From the NCBI RefSeq assembly GCF_009914755.1, contig NC_060946.1: a stretch of DNA of 64,000 bases; one strand, written 5' to 3'. Source of the stretch: the human T2T-CHM13v2.0 reference genome, Homo sapiens. The first letter of the stretch is position 1, and each line of letters begins with the position of its first letter. Position numbers and translations under genes: made by a program. The notes beneath the pieces are model-generated. The model was not told the origin of the DNA. It ran no database searches and saw only the letters and a program-made list of their open reading frames with translations. This document shows, in pieces, positions 1 to 10,200 of the stretch.

Positions 1-557
1 AGTTTCTCCGAAAGCTTCGGTCTAGTTTTCATGTGATGATATTTCCAGTCTCACCATAGGCCTCAAAGGGCTAAGAAATATCCCTTTCCAGATTCTAAAA
101 GACCACCATTTCCATACTTCTCAATCAAAAGAAAGGTTAAATTCTGTGAGGTTAATGCACACATCAGAATGAAGTTTCTCAGAATTCTCCTGTCTAGTTT
201 TCATGTGAAGATATTTACTATTTCACTATAGGCTTCAAATGTCTCAAAAATATCCCTTTGCAGATTCTACAAAAATATGCTTTCCAAAGTGCTGAATTAA
301 AAGAAACCTTGAACTCTGTCAGATGAATGGAGACATCACGAAGAAGTTCCTCAGAATGCTTCTGTCTAGTTTAAATGTGAAGACATTTCTTTTTCACCAT
401 AGACCTCAAAGGGCTCAGAGTTAGACCTTTGCAGATTGCAGAGAAAGACTGTCTCTAAACTGCTCAAATAAAATAAAGTTTCAACACGGTGAGATGAACG
501 CACACATCACAAAGAAGTTCCTCAGAAGGCTTCTGTCTGGTTTTAATATGAAGATAT

Positions 558-574
558 TTCCTTTTTCACCATAG
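558..574 (-). promoter_or_regulatory. A-box / pJ-alpha-type site (recurs in each HOR copy)
   Basis: + strand ttcctttttcaccatag reads CTATGGTGAAAAAGGAA on the - strand. This matches the A-type alphoid box CTAYGGTGRAAAAGGAA at the position where B-type monomers carry the CENP-B box. Protein binding is not demonstrated here. Confidence 0.75.
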
Positions 575-1072
575 GCCTTACACCGCTCACGAATATCCTT
601 CTGCAGATACTATAAAAAGACTGTTTCCAAACTGCTCCATCAAAAGAAAATTTCACCTATCTGAGATGAATGCACACATCATACAGAAGTTCCTCAGAAT
701 TCTTCTGTCTAGTTTTTATGTGAAGATGTTTCCATTTTCACCTTAGGCCACAAAGCGCCCCAAACATCCGTTTGCAGATGATACGAAAAGACTGTTTCCA
801 AACTGCTCAATCAAGAGAAATTTTCAACTCTGTGAGATGAAAGCACACATCACAAAAAAGTTTCTCAGAAATCTTCTGTCTCGCTTTTATCTCAAGATGA
901 TTCCTATTTTGCCATAGGAATCAAGGGGCTCACATATACCCCTTTGCAGATTCTACAAATGTTCTCCTTACAAACTTCTCAATCAAGAGAAACGTTCAAC
1001 ATTGTGAGATGAATGAACACATCCCAAAGAAGTTTCTCAGGTTGCTTCTGTCTGGTTGCTATGTGAAGATGT

Positions 1073-1089
1073 TTCCTTTTTCACCATAG
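1073..1089 (-). promoter_or_regulatory. A-box / pJ-alpha-type site (recurs in each HOR copy)
   Basis: + strand ttcctttttcaccatag, a full match to the A-type box. Confidence 0.75.
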
Positions 1090-1242
1090 TCTTTAAGCCC
1101 CTCAAAAATATCTGTCTGCAGACTCTACCAAAAGACTGTTTCCAAACTGGCCCATATAGCATGTTTCAACTATGTGAAATGAATGCACTCATCAAAAAGA
1201 AGTTTCTCAGGATTCTCCTGTCTAGTTTTTATGTGAAGATAT

Positions 1243-1259
1243 TTCCTTTTTCACCGTAG
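1243..1259 (-). promoter_or_regulatory. A-box / pJ-alpha-type site (recurs in each HOR copy)
   Basis: + strand ttcctttttcaccgtag reads CTACGGTGAAAAAGGAA on the - strand, a full match to the A-type box. Confidence 0.75.
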
Positions 1260-4200
1260 GCCACAAATTGCTCCAAATATCCATTTGCAGATTCTACAAA
1301 ATAATGTTCCCAAACTGGTCAATCAACAGAAAGGCGCAACTCTGTGAGACGAAAGCACACATCACAAAGAAGTTTCTCGGAAAGCCTCTGTCTGCATTTT
1401 ATGTGAAGGTATTTCCTTTGGCACCATAGGCCTTAAACCGCTCGCAAATATAACTCCACTTATACTACCAAGAGACTTTCTCCAAATTGCTAAATCTAAA
1501 GAAAGGTTCAACTCTGTGAGATGAATACACACATCAAAAAGAAGTTTCTCAAAATGCTTCTGTCTAGTTTTCATGGGAAGATATTTATTTTTCACCGTTG
1601 GCCCCAAACCGCTCAGAAATATCCCTTTGCAGTTTGTAGAAAAAGACTGCTTCCAAACTGCTCAATGAAAGGAAATGGTCAACTATTAGAGATGAATGGA
1701 AATGTCACAAAGAGTTTTCTCAAAAAGCTACTGTGTCGTTTTTATGTGAAGACATTGCCTTTGGCACCCTAGGCCTTAAAACTCTCTCAATACACATTCA
1801 CAGATTCTACAAAAAGACTGATTCCAAACTGCTCAATCAGAAGAAGGGTTCAATTCCGTGTGGCAAACGTGCACATCACCAAGGAATTTGTCAGAAAGCT
1901 TCTGTCTACTTTTTATGTGAAGATATTTCATATTTCAACAAAGGCCATAAAGGGCTCACAAATATCCCTTCGCAGATTCTAAGAAAAGACGTTTTCCAAA
2001 CTCCTCAATCAAAAGAAAGGTTTAACTCTGTGAGATGAATGGACACATCACGAAGAAGTTTCTCAGAAAGCTTCTGTCTAGTTTTTCTGTGAAGATATTT
2101 CTTTTTCACCATAGGCCTCAAGCAGCTAAAAATTTCCCTCTGCAGCTTCTACCAAAGACTGTTTGCAAACTGCTCAACTGAAAGAAAGGTTGAATTCTGT
2201 GACATGAATTCACACATCACAAAGAGGTTTTTCAGAAATCTTCTGTCTGGTTTTTAGGTGACGATACTTCCTTTTTCAGCACGGGCCTCAAATATCTCCA
2301 AATATCCATTTGCAGATTCTACAGAAAGACTTTCCAAACTGCTCAATCAAAAGAAAGGTTCAACACTGTGAGATGAAGGCACACATCACCAAGAAGTTTC
2401 TCAGAATCCTTCTGTCTAGTTTTTAGGTGAAGATACTTCGTATTTCACCACAGGCCATAAAGGGCTCACAAATATCCCTTTGCAGGTTCTACAAAAAGAC
2501 TGTTTCCAAACTGCTCAATCAAAGAAGAGGTTCAACTCTGTGACGTGAATGGACACATCACAAACAATTTCTTGGAATGCTTCCGTCTAGTTTTTATGGG
2601 AAGATATTTCTCTTTCACCATAAGCCTCAAACGGATCAGAATTCTCCCTTTGCAGAATGTACGATAAGCCTCTTTCCAATCTGCTCAATCAAAAGAAAGT
2701 TTCCACTCGGTGAGGTGAATGCACACAACGCAAGGGAGTTTCTCAGAAAGCTTCTGTTTAGTTTTTACGTGAAGATATTTCGTTTTTCACCACGGGCCTC
2801 AAAAGCTCTCCAAATATCCATTTGCAGATTCTAGAAAAAGAGTGTTTCCAAACTCCTCAATCAAAGGATAGTTTCAATTCTGTGAGATGAAAGCACACAT
2901 CACAACGAAGTTTCTTAGAAAGCTTCTGTGTAGTTTTTATGTGAAGATACTTCACATTGCATCACAGTACTCAATGGGCTCAGAAATATCCCCTTGCAGA
3001 TCCTACAAAAGGACTGTTTCAAAACTGCTCAATCCCAAGAAAGTTTCAACTATGTGAGATGAATGCGCACGTCACGAAGACGTTCCTCAGAATGCTTCTG
3101 TCTTGTTTACATGTGAAGAAGATTCCTATTTCACCATAGGCAATAAAGGGCTCACAAATATTTTTTGTGAGATTCTCCAAAAATACTGTATCCAAACTGC
3201 TCAATAAAAAGAAAGTTTTAACTCTGTTACATTAATGGACACATCAACAAGTAGTTTCTCAGAAAACTTCTGTGTACTTTTTATGTGAAGATTCATCCTT
3301 TGTCACCATTGGCCTCAAAGCACTCCTAATATCCATTTACAGGTGTCACAGAAAGAGTGTTTCCAAACTGCTCAATCAAAAGAAAGTGTTTAACTCTGTG
3401 AGGTGAAAGCACACATCTCAAAGAAGTTTCTCCGAAAGCTTCGGTCTAGTTTTCATGTGATGATATTTCCAGTCTCACCATAGGCCTCAAAGGGCTAAGA
3501 AATATCCCTTTCCAGATTCTAAAAGACCACCATTTCCATACTTCTCAATCAAAAGAAAGGTTAAATTCTGTGAGGTTAATGCACACATCAGAATGAAGTT
3601 TCTCAGAATTCTCCTGTCTAGTTTTCATGTGAAGATATTTACTATTTCACTATAGGCTTCAAATGTCTCAAAAATATCCCTTTGCAGATTCTACAAAAAT
3701 ATGCTTTCCAAAGTGCTGAATTAAAAGAAACCTTGAACTCTGTCAGATGAATGGAGACATCACGAAGAAGTTCCTCAGAATGCTTCTGTCTAGTTTAAAT
3801 GTGAAGACAATTCTTTTTCACCATAGACCTCAAAGGGCTCAGAGTTAGACCTTTGCAGATTGCAGAGAAAGACTGTCTCTAAACTGCTCAAATAAAATAG
3901 AGTTTCAACACGGTGAGATGAACGCACACATCACAAAGAAGTTCCTCAGAAGGCTTCTGTCTGGTTTTAATGTGAAGATATTTCCTTTTTCACCATAGGC
4001 CTTACACCGCTCACGAATATCCTTCTGCAGATACTATAAAAAGACTGTTTCCAAACTGCTCCATCAAAAGAAAATTTCACCTATCTGAGATGAATGCACA
4101 CATCATACAGAAGTTCCTCAGAATTCTTCTGTCTAGTTTTTATGTGAAGATGTTTCCATTTTCACCTTAGGCCACAAAGCGCCCCAAACATCCGTTTGCA

Positions 4201-7200
4201 GATGATACGAAAAGACTGTTTCCAAACTGCTCAATCAAGAGAAATTTTCAACTCTGTGAGATGAAAGCACACATCACAAAAAAGTTTCTCAGAAATCTTC
4301 TGTCTCGCTTTTATCTCAAGATGATTCCTATTTTGCCATAGGAATCAAGGGGCTCACATATACCCCTTTGCAGATTCTACAAATGTTCTCCTTACAAACT
4401 TCTCAATCAAGAGAAACGTTCAACATTGTGAGATGAATGAACACATCCCAAAGACGTTTCTCAAGTTGCTTCTGTCTGGTTGCTATGTGAAGATGTTTCC
4501 TTTTTCACCATAGTCTCTAAGCCCCTCAAAAATATCTGTCTGCAGACTCTACCAAAAGACTGTTTCCAAACTGGCCCATATAGCATGTTTCAACTATGTG
4601 AAATGAATGCACTCATCAAAAAGAAGTTTCTCAGGATTCTCCTGTCTAGTTTTTATGTGAAGATATTTCCTTTTTCACCGTAGGCCACAAAATGCTCCAA
4701 ATATCCATTTGCAGATTCTACAAAAAGAATGTTCCCAAACTGGTCAATCAAAAGAAAGGCGCAAATCTGTGAGACGAAAGCACACATCACAAAGAAGTTT
4801 CTTGGAAAGCCTCTGTCTGCATTTTATGTGAAGGTATTTCCTTTGGCACCGTAGGACTTAAACCGCTCGCAAATATAACTCCACTTATACTACCAAGAGA
4901 CTTTCTCCAAATTGCTAAATCTAAAGAAAGGTTCAACTCTGTGAGATGAATACACACATCAAAAAGAAGTTTCTCAAAATGCTTCTGTCTAGTTTTCATG
5001 GGAAGATATTTATTTTTCACCGTTGGCCCCAAACCGCTCAGAAATATCCCTTTGCAGTTTGTAGAAAAAGACTGCTTCCAAACTGCTCAATGAAAGGAAA
5101 TGGTCAACTATTAGAGATGAATGGAAATGTCACAAAGAGTTTTCTCAAAAAGCTACTGTGTCGTTTTTATGTGAAGACATTGCCTTTGGCACCCTAGGCC
5201 TTAAAACTCTCTCAATACACATTCACAGATTCTACAAAAAGACTGATTCCAAACTGCTCAATCAGAAGAAGGGTTCAATTCCGTGTGGCAAACGTGCACA
5301 TCACCAAGGAATTTGTCAGAAAGCTTCTGTCTACTTTTTATGTGAAGATATTTCATATTTCAACAAAGGCCATAAAGGGCTCACAAATATCCCTTCGCAG
5401 ATTCTAAGAAAAGACGTTTTCCAAACTCCTCAATCAAAAGAAAGGTTTAACTCTGTGAGATGAATGGACACATCACGAAGAAGTTTCTCAGAAAGCTTCT
5501 GTCTAGTTTTTCTGTGAAGATATTTCTTTTTCACCATAGGCCTCAAGCAGCTAAGAAATTTCCCTCTGCAGCTTCTACCAAAGACTGTTTCCAAACTGCT
5601 CAACTGAAAGAAAGGTTGAATTCTGTGACATGAATTCACACATCACAAAGAGGTTTTTCAGAAATCTTCTGTCTGGTTTTTAGGTGACGATACTTCCTTT
5701 TTCAGCACGGGCCTCAAATATCTCCAAATATCCATTTGCAGATTCTACAGAAAGACTTTCCAAACTGCTCAATCAAAAGAAAGGTTCAACACTGTGAGAT
5801 GAAGGCACACATCACCAAGAAATTTCTCAGAAACTTTCTGTCTAGTTTTTTGGTGAAGATACTTCGTATTTCACCACAGGCCATAAAGGGCTCACAAATA
5901 TCCCTTTGCAGGTTGTACAAAAAGACTGTTTCCAAACTGCTCAATCAAAGGAGAGGTTCAACTCTGTGACGTGAATGGACACATCATAAAAAATTTCTTG
6001 GAATGCTTCCGTCTAGTTTTTATGGGAAGATATTTCTCTTTCACCATAAGCCTCAAACGGATCAGAATTCTCCCTTTACAGAATGTACGATAAGCCTCTT
6101 TCCAATCTGCTCAATCAAAAGAAAGTTTCCACTCGGTGAGGTGAATGCACACAACGCAAGGGAGTTTCTCAGAAAGCTTATGTTTAGTTTTTACGTGAAG
6201 ATATTTCGTTTTTCACCACGGGCCTCAAAAGCTCTCCAAATATCCATTTGCAGATTCTAGAAAAAGAGTGTTTCCAAACTCCTCAATCAAAGGATAGTTT
6301 CAATTCTGTGAGATGAAAGCACACATCACAACGAAGTTTCTTAGAAAGCTTCTGTGTAGTTTTTATGTGAAGATACTTCACATTGCATCACAGTACTCAA
6401 TGGGCTCAGAAATATCCCCTTGCAGATCCTACAAAAGGACTGTTTCAAAACTGCTCAATCCCAAGAAAGTTTCAACTATGTGAGATGAATGCGCACATCA
6501 CGAAGACGTTCCTCAGAATGCTTCTGTCTTGTTTACATGTGAAGAAGATTCCTATTTCACCATAGGCAATAAAGGGCTCACAAATATTTTTTGTGAGATT
6601 CTCCAAAAATACTGTATCCAAACTGCTCAATAAAAAGAAAGTTTTAACTCTGTTACATTAATGGACACATCAACAAGTAGTTTCTCAGAAAACTTCTGTG
6701 TACTTTTTATGTGAAGATTCATCCTTTGTCACCATTGGCCTCAAAGCACTCCTAATATCCATTTACAGGTGTCACAGAAAGAGTGTTTCCAAACTGCTCA
6801 ATCAAAAGAAAGTGTTTAACTCTGTGAGGTGAAAGCACACATCTCAAAGAAGTTTCTCCGAAAGCTTCGGTCTAGTTTTCATGTGATGATATTTCCAGTC
6901 TCACCATAGGCCTCAAAGGGCTAAGAAATATCCCTTTCCAGATTCTAAAAGACCACCATTTCCATACTTCTCAATCAAAAGAAAGGTTAAATTCTGTGAG
7001 GTTAATGCACACATGAGAATGAAGTTTCTCAGAATTCTCCTGTCTAGTTTTCATGTGAAGATATTTACTATTTCACTATAGGCTTCAAATGTCTCAAAAA
7101 TATCCCTTTGCAGATTCTACAAAAATATGCTTTCCAAAGTGCTGAATTAAAAGAAACCTTGAACTCTGTCAGATGAATGGAGACATCACGAAGAAGTTCC

Positions 7201-10200
7201 TCAGAATGCTTCTGTCTAGTTTAAATGTGAAGACAATTCTTTTTCACCATAGACCTCAAAGGGCTCAGAGTTAGACCTTTGCAGATTGCAGAGAAAGACT
7301 GTCTCTAAACTGCTGAAATAAAATAGAGTTTCAACACGGTGAGATGAACGCACACATCACAAAGAAGTTCCTCAGAAGGCTTCTGTCTGGTTTTAATGTG
7401 AAGATATTTCCTTTTTCACCATAGGCCTTACACCGCTCACGAATATCCTTCTGCAGATACTATAAAAAGACTGTTTCCAAACTGCTCCATCAAAAGAAAA
7501 TTTCACCTATCTGAGATGAATGCACACATCATACAGAAGTTCCTCAGAATTCTTCTGTCTAGTTTTTATGTGAAGATGTTTCCATTTTCACCTTAGGCCA
7601 CAAAGCGCCCCAAACATCCGTTTGCAGATGATACGAAAAGACTGTTTCCAAACTGCTCAATCAAGAGAAATTTTCAACTCTGTGAGATGAAAGCACACAT
7701 CACAAAAAAGTTTCTCAGAAATCTTCTGTCTCGCTTTTATCTCAAGATGATTCCTATTTTGCCATAGGAATCAAGGGGCTCACATATACCCCTTTGCAGA
7801 TTCTACAAATGTTCTCCTTACAAACTTCTCAATCAAGAGAAACGTTCAACATTGTGAGATGAATGAACACATCCCAAAGACGTTTCTCAAGTTGCTTCTG
7901 TCTGGTTGCTATGTGAAGATGTTTCCTTTTTCACCATAGTCTCTAAGCCCCTCAAAAATATCTGTCTGCAGACTCTACCAAAAGACTGTTTCCAAACTGG
8001 CCCATATAGCATGTTTCAACTATGTGAAATGAATGCACTCATCAAAAAGAAGTTTCTCAGGATTCTCCTGTCTAGTTTTTATGTGAAGATATTTCCTTTT
8101 TCACCGTAGGCCACAAAATGCTCCAAATATCCATTTGCAGATTCTACAAAAAGAATGTTCCCAAACTGGTCAATCAAAAGAAAGGCGCAAATCTGTGAGA
8201 CGAAAGCACACATCACAAAGAAGTTTCTTGGAAAGCCTCTGTCTGCATTTTATGTGAAGGTATTTCCTTTGGCACCGTAGGACTTAAACCGCTCGCAAAT
8301 ATAACTCCACTTATACTACCAAGAGACTTTCTCCAAATTGCTAAATCTAAAGAAAGGTTCAACTCTGTGAGATGAATACACACATCAAAAAGAAGTTTCT
8401 CAAAATGCTTCTGTCTAGTTTTCATGGGAAGATATTTATTTTTCACCGTTGGCCCCAAACCGCTCAGAAATATCCCTTTGCAGTTTGTAGAAAAAGACTG
8501 CTTCCAAACTGCTCAATGAAAGGAAATGGTCAACTATTAGAGATGAATGGAAATGTCACAAAGAGTTTTCTCAAAAAGCTACTGTGTCGTTTTTATGTGA
8601 AGACATTGCCTTTGGCACCCTAGGCCTTAAAACTCTCTCAATACACATTCACAGATTCTACAAAAAGACTGATTCCAAACTGCTCAATCAGAAGAAGGGT
8701 TCAATTCCGTGTGACAAACGTGCACATCACCAAGGAATTTGTCAGAAAGCTTCTGTCTACTTTTTATGTGAAGATATTTCATATTTCAACAAAGGCCATA
8801 AAGGGCTCACAAATATCCCTTCGCAGATTCTAAGAAAAGACGTTTTCCAAACTCCTCAATCAAAAGAAAGGTTTAACTCTGTGAGATGAATGGACACATC
8901 ACGAAGAAGTTTCTCAGAAGGCTTCTGTCTAGTTTTTCTGTGAAGATATTTCTTTTTCACCATAGGCCTCAAGCAGCTAAGAAATTTCCCTCTGCAGCTT
9001 CTACCAAAGACTGTTTCCAAACTGCTCAACTGAAAGAAAGGTTGAATTCTGTGACATGAATTCACACATCACAAAGAGGTTTTTCAGAAATCTTCTGTCT
9101 GGTTTTTAGGTGGCGATACTTCCTTTTTCAGCACGGGCCTCAAATATCTCCAAATATCCATTTGCAGATTCTACAGAAAGACTTTCCAAACTGCTCAATC
9201 AAAAGAAAGGTTCAACACTGTGAGATGAAGGCACACATCACCAAGAAATTTCTCAGAAACTTTCTGTCTAGTTTTTTGGTGAAGATACTTCGTATTTCAC
9301 CACAGGCCATAAAGGGCTCACAAATATCCCTTTGCAGGTTGTACAAAAAGACTGTTTCCAAACTGCTCAATCAAAGGAGAGGTTCAACTCTGTGACGTGA
9401 ATGGACACATCATAAAAAATTTCTTGGAATGCTTCCGTCTAGTTTTTATGGGAAGATATTTCTCTTTCACCATAAGCCTCAAACGGATCAGAATTCTCCC
9501 TTTGCAGAATGTACGATAAGCCTCTTTCCAATCTGCTCAATCAAAAGAAAGTTTCCACTCGGTGAGGTGAATGCACACAACGCAAGGGAGTTTCTCAGAA
9601 AGCTTCTGTTTAGTTTTTACGTGAAGATATTTCGTTTTTCACCACGGGCCTCAAAAGCTCTCCAAATATCCATTTGCAGATTCTAGAAAAAGAGTGTTTC
9701 CAAACTCCTCAATCAAAGGATAGTTTCAATTCTGTGAGATGAAAGCACACATCACAACGAAGTTTCTTAGAAAGCTTCTGTGTAGTTTTTATGTGAAGAT
9801 ACTTCACATTGCATCACAGTACTCAATGGGCTCAGAAATATCCCCTTGCAGATCCTACAAAAGGACTGTTTCAAAACTGCTCAATCCCAAGAAAGTTTCA
9901 ACTATGTGAGATGAATGCGCACGTCACGAAGACGTTCCTCAGAATGCTTCTGTCTTGTTTACATGTGAAGAAGATTCCTATTTCACCATAGGCAATAAAG
10001 GGCTCACAAATATTTTTTGTGAGATTCTCCAAAAATACTGTATCCAAACTGCTCAATAAAAAGAAAGTTTTAACTCTGTTACATTAATGGACACATCAAC
10101 AAGTAGTTTCTCAGAAAACTTCTGTGTACTTTTTATGTGAAGATTCATCCTTTGTCACCATTGGCCTCAAAGCACTCCTAATATCCATTTACAGGTGTCA

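Larger units (their letters stand above)
1..3424 (-). repeat. HOR copy 1 (one full unit of 20 distinct monomers; 3424 bp)
   Basis: Relative to the 3425-bp majority it has two 1-bp deletions (ctacaaaataatg near 1300; gctaaaaattt near 2130) and one 1-bp insertion (ttttgtgagatt near 3168). These account exactly for the 3424-bp period. Confidence 0.93.

Noticed and set aside
2779-2796. TTCG...CGGG resembling a CENP-B box (ttcgtttttcaccacggg)
   Set aside because: The spacer is 10 nt rather than the required 7, and the motif lies on the wrong strand for the box position. It is a degenerate A-box.
1-3424. Assignment to a named chromosome-specific HOR or to a species
   Set aside because: I cannot verify this without alignment to reference HOR models. 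Several CENP-B-box-free HORs of similar type exist.
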